A stretch of 63,389 nt of DNA, filler included, from Octopus bimaculoides (taxonomy: Eukaryota), in NCBI RefSeq assembly GCF_001194135.2. It is 5 parts of 5 records of this genome, joined end to end, with 100 filler letters (N's around TTAATTAATTAA, not from the genome) between each part and the next. Parts side by side here need not be neighbours in the genome. Positions count along the whole stretch, not along the records: positions 18,046 to 25,660 come from NC_069001.1; positions 25,761 to 34,677 come from NC_068981.1; positions 34,778 to 63,389 come from NC_068985.1; 2 more parts are not named here. One strand, given 5' to 3'. Of this stretch, positions 25,088-37,369 are shown in pieces. The notes below the pieces were generated by a model, which had not been told where the DNA came from, searched no databases, and saw nothing but the letters and a program-made list of their open reading frames with translations. Every line of letters starts with the position of its first letter. Position 1 is the first letter of the stretch. The position numbers and the translations under genes were made by a program.

Positions 25088-25660
25088 AAGGTGGAGATTA
25101 TTCTGAATGGTCCTGTCGGGGGTGGCACAGGTTTGTGCCTCCCCAATCAAACCATCTGCGACATGCGCCGACCTTTTCGCTAATACCTTGGCCAAAATCT
25201 TCACTTCTGTATTTAACAGAGTGATGGGCCTAAAGTTATCTAAACAATCCCCCTTGCTTGGGTCCTTCCTGACTAGTGTCACCACTCCCCGGCGCACAGA
25301 TCTACAGATAAACCCATTCTGTTGCCAGTTCAGGTACACACCAGCCAACAGGTGTCCGAACAAGTCTGGCATACTTTTATATAATTCATAGGGTAGGCCA
25401 TCAAGTCCCAGCGATTTGCCCCTATTGCAGTTCGCCAACGCCTCAATTATCTCCCCAGGCGTGATTGGCCCCTCACAAGCCTCTGCATTTGGCCTTGAGA
25501 GGCGTGGCAGCCCAGCAAGGAAGCGCTCAAGGTCTTCCCCACCATGCGGCTCACCATTACCCCCGAAAAGCCGAGTGAAGTGCTCCTCAAAGGCACCACA
25601 CATCTCGAGTTCGTTTACCAAAACGCCTTGAAGGTTCGCCACAGTTCGAATAATGGAGTT
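25088..25660 (-). pseudogene. Tx1/L1-clade RT N-terminal fragment, contiguous in protein with 24125-24602
   Basis: EGPITPGEI..KSLGLDGLPYELYK..NFRPITLLNTEVKILAKVLA..QTCATPDRTIQNNLHL. Confidence 0.9.
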
Positions 25661-26057
25661 NNNNNNNNNNNNNNNNNNNNNNNNNNNNNNNNNNNNNNNN
25701 NNNNTTAATTAATTAANNNNNNNNNNNNNNNNNNNNNNNNNNNNNNNNNNNNNNNNNNNNTATATATATATATATATATATTTACATGTATATGTGTGTG
25801 TGTATATATGTATGTATGCATGCGTGTATTTAAATATACACGTGCGTATCAGCGTGTACATAATTATTTATATATACTTACACATACATGCGTACATACA
25901 TACACACACGTACACACATAGATACATACAAACGTGCATGCATGCATACATACACACATACATGCATGTATGCATCCATACACACGTACATACATTCATA
26001 CATGCATGCACGCATGTCTGCACACGCGCACATAAAAACATTCTCTCTCTCACTCTT

Positions 26058-26089
<32 letters not shown>

Positions 26090-26434
26090 GTATTTTTATG
26101 TCAATGCATATGTGGATATATGTGTACTAATTTATGCTTATATCTCTATATTTGTAAGATTATGGATATATGTATACATGAATAAATATATACATATTTA
26201 CACTGACACAGATACACTCAATGACTTGTGCGTACGCACTCACGCATATACGCGTGGCTGTGTGGTAAGACGCATATACGCACTCATGCATATACGCGCG
26301 CACACAAATACACGTACACATACAAATGTTTATACAGAATGTTTATTTTGGCCTGGTAGTTATATTGTGAAAAAAAAAAGTAAATATTTATTTTTGATCT
26401 GAAACACTGTAACCCAGAAGAGAGTAAGATCTCG

Positions 26435-26469
<35 letters not shown>

Positions 26470-26593
26470 CACACATATACACATCCGTTAGCGCTAACAG
26501 AAAAATATTGGTCGATTCCATGGCAACATGTAGCCGTTTATGAGTTGATCATTCTGAAACACACCCAATACACACACAGACACGTACACACAC

Positions 26594-27440
26594 CAGGTTG
26601 AATCAAAAGTTTCTTACGTATTTCCTGCTTTATTTAACAGTTCACGCAAATTATGTACGAAAAGTGTTTATTCATCAAAATATATCCCATCATATTCTAT
26701 TGGCCGTTGCAATTATTGATCCAGCAGTTCACTTCCACGCTTGTACCATCTGGCTAGTTTAGAGGCAAAAGACTCCTGGCACCCGCTTTCAACTCCATCC
26801 ACATTGTTGAACCTCTGTCCGTTCAAGAAATGAGCCATGGTTCGGAAAATAGCGTAATCTTATAGTGCAAGGTCTGGACTTCAAGCTCAACAAGTTCCTT
26901 AAATTTGCACTTGGGCACGTTGATAGTGTGTGCTTGGGAATTTTCATGAGTGCGAGTTTCGATTGATCAATGCCGAGTAGCAGGCTTTCAAAAGATTGTC
27001 GAGTTTCACAGCATGGCCATCTAAGACCATCAAAGTCCAACAACCCGTCGAAATTCCATTAAACGCGCAACATGACCTTCTGTTCAGACCACCTTTGTTT
27101 GAAAACAGGTTCTGAAGCCTGTCCGGAGCGAAACCTGTGATTTCTCTTATTATGATTACGAAAATAGAGCTATTTTTCGTACCCAGCTACAATTCGACGG
27201 CAAAAGCGGGCACCTCGAGTAATTTGCCTGCTGTTGTTTGCAAATATCATCATGTCCTGAACCTGTTCATTAGTCAGTTCATGAGAAGCTTCTCGACATC
27301 ATCTACTCACAAACCCGAGCTTATGGAAGTGTTGACAGATGATGCTTTGTGAAGGACCAAGTTCTGCCACGAGTGCTTGTGCGTACTGTTGCTCAGCCAT
27401 TTCAAGCAACAGAAAGTCTCCCTGAAAGTAGCATTAAACG
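26594..27440 (-). mobile_element. heavily decayed mariner transposon
   Basis: Minus-strand remnants REASHELT (cf. WVPHELT), RIVAGYEK (cf. RIVTGDEKW), KVMLRV*WN, HENSQAH (cf. HDNARPH) and LFRTMAHFLNGQRFNNVDGVE. Possible TIR remnant near 26594. Confidence 0.7.
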
Positions 27441-27521
27441 GCTCTAGTTGTAATATTGTTACCACTCATTATCAAAAATGTAAAATAAAGACTAAATATA
27501 ATATATAATATATAATATATA

Positions 27522-29250
27522 AGGCGCAGACGTGGCTGTGTGGTAAGAAGCTTGCTTCGCACGCATGCGTCGGTCTATTCGCTGTGTTGATTTTTGACGA
27601 GTTGGACGGAATTTTTTGTGCTGCTTGGCAGCGGGTGTTATACCAGTAGAGACAATGTATTAAGACCTTAGCGAGTATGAGCTGTCCTCAGCGGAGGAGG
27701 GGCTCGTTAAGGCGGTAAACAGAATGGACGAGCATTTGGAAAGAGTAAAGAGTTTTGCTGAGGCTGCAGGGGTGAAGAAAAGAGAGGTGGACCTAGCTGG
27801 ACTGAAGGAGCTGAGTAAGATGACACAGAAGGTGGATGGAAAATATGGAAAAGAAGACCATTACATACAAGGTGTACTCAGTGGAGAGTAAGAAGGTGGA
27901 GCGGATGGAGATGGAAAAAGTAGAAAAAGCATTGAAGAGGCTTTCGAAGGAAGTGACATACATAGCGAAAGGAAATGGATATGAGACGGTGGTTGTCCAG
28001 TTTAGGACAGCGGAGGAGGCAAAGAGGCTGGCGAGTGCAACTGTAAAAACAGAAGTGGTACTTCTAACCACGTACTTTGGAAGAAAGACTTCTAAGGTGA
28101 GGGTAGAAGGAATTCCACCCGATATAGAAGTGGCTTGGGTTGCGGCAGCCGTCCTCGCTGGAAGTGAGGAAGAGGTGGCTGTCCTTAAAGCCACGGAAAC
28201 GGAGGACGGAGGATGGAGAGGAAAGACCCTGGACCTCATTATACAGGCAGAGGAGCAGCAATTGGAAAGTTTGGCAGAGACGTGAAGTTGGCAGAGATTG
28301 TGTTAAGAGTCTGGGTGGAGGACAGAATCCCACGATGTTTTAAATGTGGCCAAAAGGGCCACATTAGAGTGCACTGTCCTCTGCAGAGGAAAACGACAAT
28401 AGAAGTACAGAGGAAAATATAGAAGTACAGATAGATGGAAGGAACAAGGAGGATGAATGGACAGTGACAGAAAGTAAAAGAAAAAAGAGAAAGAAGAGGA
28501 AGAGCAGTCAGTGTGATGTGGGACGCAAGACCAACTCCATCCCACCAAGACCACTCAGACCAACCCTCCCCATACAGACACCAATCTCACCCACCCCCTC
28601 TCCCCACAGGAAGAAAAAAAGAAGAAAGAACAGATACCACAAAATTTACAAGATGCCTCCCCCTGTGAAAAAGGTTACGTGTACATTGAGGAGAGAGTGT
28701 TGTCACTCAGCGATGGTCATTTCTCAGTTATCATTCATGTATCATTATTTTAATATTTTGATTTTAATGTTTTCATGTTCATTTTCATGTGTCATTCATG
28801 GCATCATATTTTTATTTTAATTGTTATATGTCCCCACATGTGTTGTAGTGTCCCCCTCTATGTAATGCTTTTATGGCAATTTAAAAGAAATAAAGAAGCT
28901 TGCTTTCCATCCACATGGTTCCGGATTCAGTCCCACTGCGTGACACCTTGGGCAAGTGTCTTCTACTATAGCCTCGGGCCGACCAAAGACTTGTCAGTGG
29001 ATTTGGTAGACGGAAACTGAAAGAAGCACGTTGTGTATATATGTGTGTGCGTATATTTATATGTGTGTGAGTGTCCACCTGACAACCGATGCTGGTGTGG
29101 TTACGTCCCTGTAACTTAGCGGTTCGGCAAAAGATACCGATAGAATAAGTACTAGGCTTATAAGGAATAAGTTTTGAGGTCAATTTCTTCGACTAACACT
29201 CTTTAAGGCAATACGCCAACATGGCCGCAGTCAAATAGCTGAAACAAGTA
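27522..29250 (+). mobile_element. OR2-like CORE SINE split into head (27522-27557) and body (28893-29250) by an insertion
   Basis: GGCGCAGACGTGGCTGTGTGGTAAGAAGCTTGCTT continues as AAGAAGCTTGCTTTCCATCCACATGGTTCCGG..., matching the copy at 35393. Confidence 0.85.
27558..28892 (+). mobile_element. ORF1-only Tx1/L1-like element with 5' UTR, decayed gag-like ORF1, 3' UTR and 13-bp TSD
   Basis: ATG at 27724; frameshifts at ~27835 and ~28283; CCHC knuckle CFKCGQKGHIRVHC at 28336-28377; basic WTVTESKRKKRK tail; T-rich 3' UTR ending AAATAAA; TSD AAGAAGCTTGCTT at 27545-27557 and 28893-28905. Confidence 0.8.
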
Positions 29251-30231
29251 AAATAATAAAAAAATAAATGTTTATATGTTAAATATGACAATAAAGAATA
29301 AAGAATTAAGCAACAATAGGGTAACAAGTTGTATCAAATTCATGATATAACATGGAGATACAAGTTGCCAAAAATCAGTGAAAATCCGAAAAATCTTTAC
29401 ACACACGCGTGCGCATATGTGGAGTGAACAAAGCATAGAGGTACTGAAAGCACATTGTTTCCTTGGTTACCGCTGTTTCAACAACACAAAGAAAATAAAT
29501 CATTTAATAATTTGGAAAACATGAATATGAGCAATGATTATGTAACATTGGTTACATAATATCGACTACAAAATGATAAGTCTTAGTCATTTCATCATAG
29601 CTCTGATGAATAAATGAATATAAAAACAACTTGGATGAATTCACCTAAATATAGATACATACAGTTTGGTAGGATATGTCTCATGTTAATACTGAAAGAA
29701 TGATTTTCCGATAGAATATGAGAATAATGAAGATAACGGTTTTAGTGTATCATTTGACAAAATCCTTTTCGAAGCTGCATTCTAAAACAGTCAGACTGTT
29801 GTCCGGTCGGGAAGGTAAAATATTATTAAAACTGTGTATCATTGTATAGTTTCATGAATCGACTACAATACGCGTGCCTAGTGTAATGTCAAAGAAAATC
29901 CTAACATTTAGAGAGAGAACAAAGACGTGCAGAAAAGAAAAACGAAAAAGAGATAAAAATAAAAGAATGAAAGAAGGTTGAATTGAAAAGATAAGCACAA
30001 TAATACTTAAAGGGGCCAAAAGAGATGTATAAAAATGAATGACAAATGTCAGGATTAAATAATTTAAAAATATAAAACGTAGCAAATATGTCATAAAATA
30101 ATGTTAAAAAGTATAGTTAAAAAGCATAATAGTAATAAAAATAATGATAAAACTAAAAATTAAGAGTGTACAGTTAGTATATATATGCATATGTATTCAT
30201 ACATATACGAAAACACATACAAACACTCTTA

Positions 30232-30262
<31 letters not shown>

Positions 30263-30749
30263 AAAGACAGGCACATACACATACACGCACGCACATTTAC
30301 GCATATATATACCTATACACACATATGCTCGCATATACGCCTACTAATATCTCCCGCATGAAAACTTGTATATGTATATACACATATATACATATATAGT
30401 AATCAATACGAGAAATAAAAAGTTAATGAAACAAATAAGATTGTGCTGAATACAACAGGATGAATGTGTGAAATAGAGTATTTAGTGCCAAGGTGGTGTA
30501 TAAAATTTAGGTTGATCTCCAAAAAGGAGAAACAAGTAATAATAAATCTCTGAGCGAGTTGTAAATAGTAGCAGCACGAAATCGTGAAGTATATTTGCCA
30601 CCTAAATGTGGCTGACTCATAGGGGACGATTCTACTATTGTTTTAGCCCCAGGAAGACAGCTCTTCCAGCTGGCTAACGACACACTGTCTGTGTCCGATT
30701 AGTATTTGCGCAGGTAAATCATGTTTCCCATCTCTAGCCTTACGCGATA

Positions 30750-30794
30750 CATACGAACCCGGGTTTCTGGGTTGTAATTCGTCATCAGCGTGTG
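30750..30794 (-). ncRNA. minimal type-I hammerhead motif, stem II decayed
   Basis: CACACG-CTGATGA-...-GAAAC-CCGG-GTT-CGTATG; stem III is the palindrome AACCCGGGTT. Confidence 0.55.
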
Positions 30795-31186
30795 ACAGTC
30801 ACTGGCTAGGGAGAAGAAATGATATCAAACGAAAAATACTATGTTTTTTCCAGTGACAAATCGTCGCTGATCTCGAAAAAGGAGAACAAGCAATAATAAA
30901 TCTCAGAGCGAGATGTAAATAGTAGCAGTACGAAATTGTGAAGTATATTTGCCACCTAAATGTGGCTGACCCATAGGGGGCGATGTTACTGTTGTTTATA
31001 GTCCCAAGAAGACATCCCCTCCAGCGGGCTAACGATACACTATTTCGTGCAGCTAATGTTTACATCTCGCTCTGAGATTTATTATTGCTTGTTTCACCTT
31101 TTTCGAGATCAGCGACGGTTCGTCACCGGAAAAAGCATATAGTATTTTTCGTTTGAAATCAGTTCTCATCCCTAACTGGTGATTGT

Positions 31187-31231
31187 CACACGCTGATGAC
31201 GGGTTACTACCCAGAAACCCGGGTCTGTATG
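31187..31231 (+). ncRNA. minimal type-I hammerhead motif, GUC triplet
   Basis: CACACG-CTGATGA-C-GGGT/TACT/ACCC-A-GAAAC-CCGG-GTC-TGTATG. Confidence 0.7.
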
Positions 31232-31446
31232 TATCACGTAAGGCTAGAGATGGGAAAGATGATTTCCCTTCGCAAATACTAATCGGATACAGACAGTGTA
31301 TCGTTAGCCTGCTGGAGGAGATGCCTTCCTGGGGCTATAAACAACAGTAGCATCGTCTCCTATGGGTCAGACACATTTAGGTGGCAAACATATTTCACGA
31401 TTTCGTACTGCTACTGTTTACATCTCGCTGAGAGATTTCTTATATA

Positions 31447-31483
<37 letters not shown>

Positions 31484-32204
31484 TTGTATTATCTATTTGT
31501 TGGGTAAAGAGAATTTTAGAATATTTTATTAATGTGATGTCTGTATCTGATCATTACGCATATTAATTAGAATGGATTTGCATCTCAGAATCTCAAGCAC
31601 CTCTGCAGATCATAAGTAACAATTACTACCATTCCCTTCATAGAGAAAAGTAGTCCATATAATGGTTAAGGAAATTGAGTGATTAATATTTCTTTCAAAT
31701 TCCAGATTAATTCCGCTCTGTAGCTTTTGATTATCATTAAAAGAATACGTTCGAATTGTTCTCGTATTAATTTATTCTTCAAGGTGTTGATGAAACGACT
31801 ATGGGTTTTCATTGTAAAATCAATATTATATAATATTGCATAATCATTGCTCACATCAATTTTTCCAACTTGTTAACTCCTCTATTATCCAAACATTGTT
31901 GAAACTGTTGTAACCGAGAAGTAGTGATAAGGAGCCACCTAGGATTTTCAGTTTGTACGAAAATCATATTTCCACTATTCTTTTCTATACATTAAGTCGC
32001 TATTTGCAGGAAGCCGGACTGAGGTAACAGCTTGGATTTTTGGAATCCCTTTCATTTTCTATACATATATACATGCCCACATAGGAACATATATGCATAC
32101 ATATCTACACTCATACATACATACATACATACATACATACATACATACATGCATACGTATATTTATATAGAAATTTGTTCTTTTTAGTTTGTTTTTAGAT
32201 ACTT

Positions 32205-32363
32205 AAAAATATTTAAATTGAGAGAAACTTTTTAAAAATATATCTGCAAATGCACAAATGTACGTATGTGTGCGTGTGTGGCTACATACATACATACATA
32301 CATACATACATACATACATACATACATACATACATACATGCGCGCGCACACACACGCGCATAC

Positions 32364-32454
<91 letters not shown>
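32205..32454. repeat. (CATA)n and (CA)n microsatellites
   Basis: Directly visible. Confidence 0.9.
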
Positions 32455-32455
<1 letters not shown>

Positions 32456-32457
32456 GA

Positions 32458-32642
32458 GGGAGAATATACAAATAATAACAACAGACGAGGACAGGTGGTG
32501 TAAATAACAAAAGTATATATTAGTATGACGCTCGGGAATACGGAAAGTCTTTGACGTTTCGAGCTACGCTCTTCAACAGAAAGAATACGGAGACAAGGAG
32601 AAAAACACGGAGAAAAAAATTGAATAGTGTTCAGTCAACGGT
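32458..32642 (-). mobile_element. ~187-bp dispersed element with a variant HHR motif (32548-32584)
   Basis: Near-identical reverse complement of 60025-60212. Confidence 0.85.
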
Positions 32643-32721
32643 ATATACACACATACAATCTCAGTCCAAGAGTTTTGCTGTAGCTGTAGCTAGGTAACAT
32701 ATAAGGTGTCTTTACATGAAA

Positions 32722-32759
<38 letters not shown>

Positions 32760-33345
32760 CTATTTCTCAGTCTACTTATCACATAGTTTTATGAATTGTT
32801 TCTGATGAATTTCTGGTGAATAATGTCTCGCCAGGAATAATTAGGGCGTACCTTATTGGGTATATGTGTATATTTTTTATTACCAACCATGTCTGCTGCT
32901 ACGAAGTTAAAGCTAATCTTCGGGGTAGTTTTCATTCGGTTGGTTATGTAAGTTTTAACATTGCGGTATATGTTTCTGCTACAAGTATTTTAAAACTCAA
33001 CTTAAAAATGTAATCTGTGATCACAAAGGTATTCTGTGAGTTTACGCTACCTGACGAGAGGTATAGATGTCGAAACGGAAGATGCTGTAGTACGAGACGC
33101 TAGCACTTCTCTTATGCTGTTTCGTCGAAATACCTGTGTCGTAGTCTCCAAATTATTTATCGTTTTATGAATTTTCGCAGTGCGTATTTGATGAACAACT
33201 CGTTAAAATTATTCGAGTGCACTCTGCTAAGTACATATGAGTCCATTTGTATATATCGAATATATACCTACTTATATAATACATACATATACACATGCAT
33301 GCATACATACATACGTACGTACGTACATACATACGTACATACATA

Positions 33346-33563
33346 CGAGAGGATGCTGAAACGTTACTCGCTTTGGATAAAAGAAAATAGAGGAAGATCA
33401 GTTAATTATGATATTATTCAATGTATTCCCCTCTCAGATTCACACACTTATTGCAACAGCCCTTCAGTTTTTCGAAGCCCTGCAAAAGAACTCGGAAGGT
33501 TGAGTCTCTAAGCAGGCCTTTTGTGATACCCTTAATCCAGCAATTTTTCAGCACCCCCTCTCG
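33346..33563. mobile_element. mariner-derived MITE (~218 bp) flanked by TA
   Basis: TIRs TA|CGAGAGGATGCTGAAACGTT and AATTTTTCAGCACCCCCTCTCG|TA. Related copy at 42748-42953. Confidence 0.8.
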
Positions 33564-34777
33564 TATATATATATATATATACAATATTTCATTTTCAAAG
33601 TAGATAGAATTGTGTGTTGTAAAGAAAAGAATAGAAGTATTTACTTTTTCTCTCTAAAACCTGTTTTTCTTTTTTCACAAGTGCTCCGCGTTAAATTAAC
33701 AGAATTTATAGTTTATGTTTTTTTTTTTTATATATTTATGGTTGTTACATAGAAATGTACGATTATGGAGTCAAAACTATTTTCCGAGAATCCAGATTCA
33801 TTGTGATGGAAACACTTTATTAGTATTTTATTAATTGAATATGAGTAACAATAATTTTAGATACGTTTTGGATACATAGATTGTACAGTTCTTATATGTG
33901 GTCAATATATGGATTCATTGACAAAATTCATGTAAAGTGGGCAATTTTTGCAGGTTCAAATAACCATATACAGTTTGTTTTTATTTGTTTACTCTCGTTA
34001 TATAGCAAGTTTCTATATTTTCGTGACCCGTCGGTCTTAATATATTTCTCATAATATATGGGTGTTATAATAGTTTTTGTTATCTTAATCCAATCAAGTT
34101 TCATTGGGTTGTTTGCTTTTTATTTATGAATAAAATATTCAACGGGGATCTCTTTCTCTGAGTACAATGTTATATATTTGTTAGTATTCTATACAAGGCT
34201 TATAGCATGGTTTATTCGTTATGACCTGGAAATTGCATGACCTTTTTAGAAAATTGATGCATATTTATTCCATGATTTATTGATGTTCTTTGGAGACAGA
34301 AGTTTGTTAGTTGATATTCCCTATCTCTTCTCGAGGTTATTACCTAACCAAATGATGCCCGTTTCATGTTTGTAAACTTTAACAAGATAGCTATTGATTT
34401 CTGTTCTCTGTTGCAGATGTTGCTTTAGTTTTACGAAACAGGTTTCATATGATGTCAATATAGATTTAAGTTTCCTACTATTGATGCTTAAAATTCTTGG
34501 AAAACAAAGCAGATTCCAAGTTTTTATTCTCCCTGCTGAAACGAAAATAGGTAGTCGGAAAGTCGTTGTGAGCTGTCTTTCTTATACTCTTGGATATTAC
34601 ATACATACATGCATACATACATACAAACAAACATACATACATGTGTGTACGTATATGTATTAAATATACATACACACNNNNNNNNNNNNNNNNNNNNNNN
34701 NNNNNNNNNNNNNNNNNNNNNTTAATTAATTAANNNNNNNNNNNNNNNNNNNNNNNNNNNNNNNNNNNNNNNNNNNN

Positions 34778-34811
<34 letters not shown>

Positions 34812-35392
34812 CACACACTCGCACACACAGACGCACACACATATGTATGTACGTTTGTATCCTCTAATGTTGCTCCGAATGAAATAATTTTGTTATCTAA
34901 TAGCGTATATATAGTCAGACGCATGAATGCATACCAGCATTTTGTGCATATATAAAGGTGCAACTTCAATGAGCGTATTTATATGTGTAGATAAATCTGT
35001 AAAAACGTATAAACGTGATTGACATGGGACACACATCATATAGATTCGGGGATATGCAAATTTATATAATATATGCAAACTTGCTTCTATGTTTTAACCT
35101 ATAAAGATACATTTACTGTCATGCATACATAAATACGAGCTCAAGAGATTTACATAGAGATACGCACTCACATACACACAACAGTTACGTACGCTTACAC
35201 ACTGACAGGCATGGAAACACATATAAATTTATGTATCAATTACGCCCCCCACATACACACACGTACAATGCCTTCTCCCATCTATTTACGTATATAGCAG
35301 TATATACACCCCACACGAACGTGCGTACGTATGTATGTGAACGTCAAAATTGCATGTTATATTTATATATATACATATATACATACATGTAT

Positions 35393-35617
35393 GAGAGGCT
35401 GTGCGGTAAGTAGCTTGTCTACCAACCACATGGTTCCGGGTTCAGTTCAACTGCGTGGCATCTTGGGCAGATGTCTTCTACTATTGCCTCGGGCCGGACA
35501 AAAACCTTGTGAGTGGATTTGGTAGACAGAAACTGAAAGAAGCCCGTCGTATATATGTATATATNNNNNNNNNNNNNNNNNNNNNNNNNNNNNNNNNNNN
35601 NNNNNNNNNNNNNNNNN

Positions 35618-35666
<49 letters not shown>

Positions 35667-35875
35667 GTGTGTGTGCGTGTTTGTGTGTATTTGTCTCCCT
35701 AGCATTGCTTGACAACCAATACTGGTGGGCTTATGTCCCCGTCACTTAGCTGTTCGGCAAAAGAGAACCGACAGAATAAGTACTAGGCTTACAAAGAATA
35801 AGTCCCGGGGTCGATTTACTCGACTGAAGGCGGTGCTCCAGCGTGGCCGCAGTCAAATGACTGAAACAAGTAAAT
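35393..35875 (+). mobile_element. OR2-like CORE SINE, full length, with a gap in its internal microsatellite
   Basis: Head GGCTGTGCGGTAAGTAGCTTG, B-box-like GGGTTCAGTTC, CORE block, (TA)/(TG)n, 3' block. Confidence 0.85.
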
Positions 35876-36304
35876 GTCACACACATATATATATATATAT
35901 ATATATGCATGCACGTTTTTTTTTTTTTTTGTGTGCGTGTATGTATATATCTATGCATATTCTCTTTTTGAATTAGAATAAATTTTGATCGACCACCTAC
36001 CTAGTAATAGTATTGTGACGTAAAGTATCAATCATAAGAACGTGTTGCAGATTTTATGAGTCCCTGATATTATGATCATTTGTAGTGTATGAATGAAGGA
36101 TTTGTGTTCTCCCCACAAGAGCACTAGTTCAGGCATACGTCACTCCAGACGGCTTGGTACCATTCCATATATACGTATGCATCTATGTATGTATGTATGT
36201 ATGTATGTATGTATGTTTTACGTACGTATGTAATTATACATGCACGCATGCATACACCCATCCATCTATACACATATGCATACATACAAACATACATATA
36301 TTTG

Positions 36305-36645
36305 ATGGCCGTCCACTCGTGACCGAGGAAGACCATTGCCGACCTTCATGAACATTGTGCGCTCTAGGACTAACTTATATTTTGCATTTGCGGCTCAATT
36401 GGTGGCACATGAGCCCTGCTCTTGACAAGCATACACGACTGCAAACATTGCAGAAAAAGCTTTCCCCATTCACTATAGACCCGTCTTTAAGTTCTTCATG
36501 CTGGATACGTGCTCTCTCAAAAGCGTTGATTCCCTCCTTAACCTGCTTCCTCCATCCGTGGCGATGACAGGCATTGTTCTCCCAGCCAGTGTCCTGCATA
36601 TCACACACCTTTAATGAGGACTTGGCACAGTCTTTAAATCGATTT
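36305..36645 (-). pseudogene. RTE (BovB-like) LINE 3' end: ORF C-terminus with zinc-finger-like motif plus a short 3' UTR
   Basis: RFKDCAKSSLK..WENNACHRHGWRKQVKEG..FERAR..FFCNVCSRVCLSRAGLMCH, then a short UTR and an (ATAC)n-like tail. Confidence 0.8.
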
Positions 36646-37369
36646 ACATACATGCATGCATACATACATACATACATACATACATACAAGCACCCAATTT
36701 TCAGGTTCGGGAGCTGTAGACACTGGCATGTGACTGTGAGGAAGCTAGTTCGTTTTGTTAGCACTAAAGTATGGCAGTACATTAAAAAAGAAACTAAGGT
36801 TTGAGGTAANNNNNNNNNNNNNNNNNNNNNNNNNNNNNNNNNNNNNNNNNNNNNNNNNNNNNNNNNNNNNNNNNNNNNNNNNNNNNNNNNNNNNNNNNNN
36901 NNNNNNNNNNNNNNNNNNNNNNNNNNNNNNNNNNNNNNNNNNNNNNNNNNNNNNNNNNNNNNNNNNNNNNNNNNNNGAAGATCTTAAATATAATTCTAGC
37001 AGGTTGAAAAACCGTTGCAAAACTCATTAATTAGTTCGTACAAATATAAGGTTTCTACAGAGTTCAATTTAGTAGACGATACGCGACCACATATTATTTA
37101 TGACTTGATGGCTTGCTGCCAGTCTCACAGATAATTACACTAAAAAACGGCTACAGATACATACATACATACAACACGCGCGCGCACACAAGCATTTATG
37201 TATATATGCACGCGCACACACACATATATGTTTATATGATTTCTTTTCTCATTAAGACAGAATAATTGGAATTTAATGAAATAATTCGGTAATGAGGTTA
37301 TGCGAAAACTTCATTGGCAAAATAAAATATGTTTATTTAATGTTTGACTTGAAAAGGTAAGTACGATGG

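Larger units (their letters stand above)
30513..31438. mobile_element. ~355-bp HHR-containing unit: 1.5 tandem copies followed by ~1.1 inverted copies (retrozyme or Penelope pLTR-like)
   Basis: GATCTC(C/G)AAAAAGGAG repeats at 30514 and 30869. The inversion junction is at ~31042. The inverted arm shows terminal redundancy (TTTACATCTCGCT at 31059 and 31417). Confidence 0.9.

Noticed and set aside
30513-31041. CRISPR-like or satellite array
   Set aside because: The sequence is eukaryotic, with only 1.5 long units and no repeat-spacer structure.
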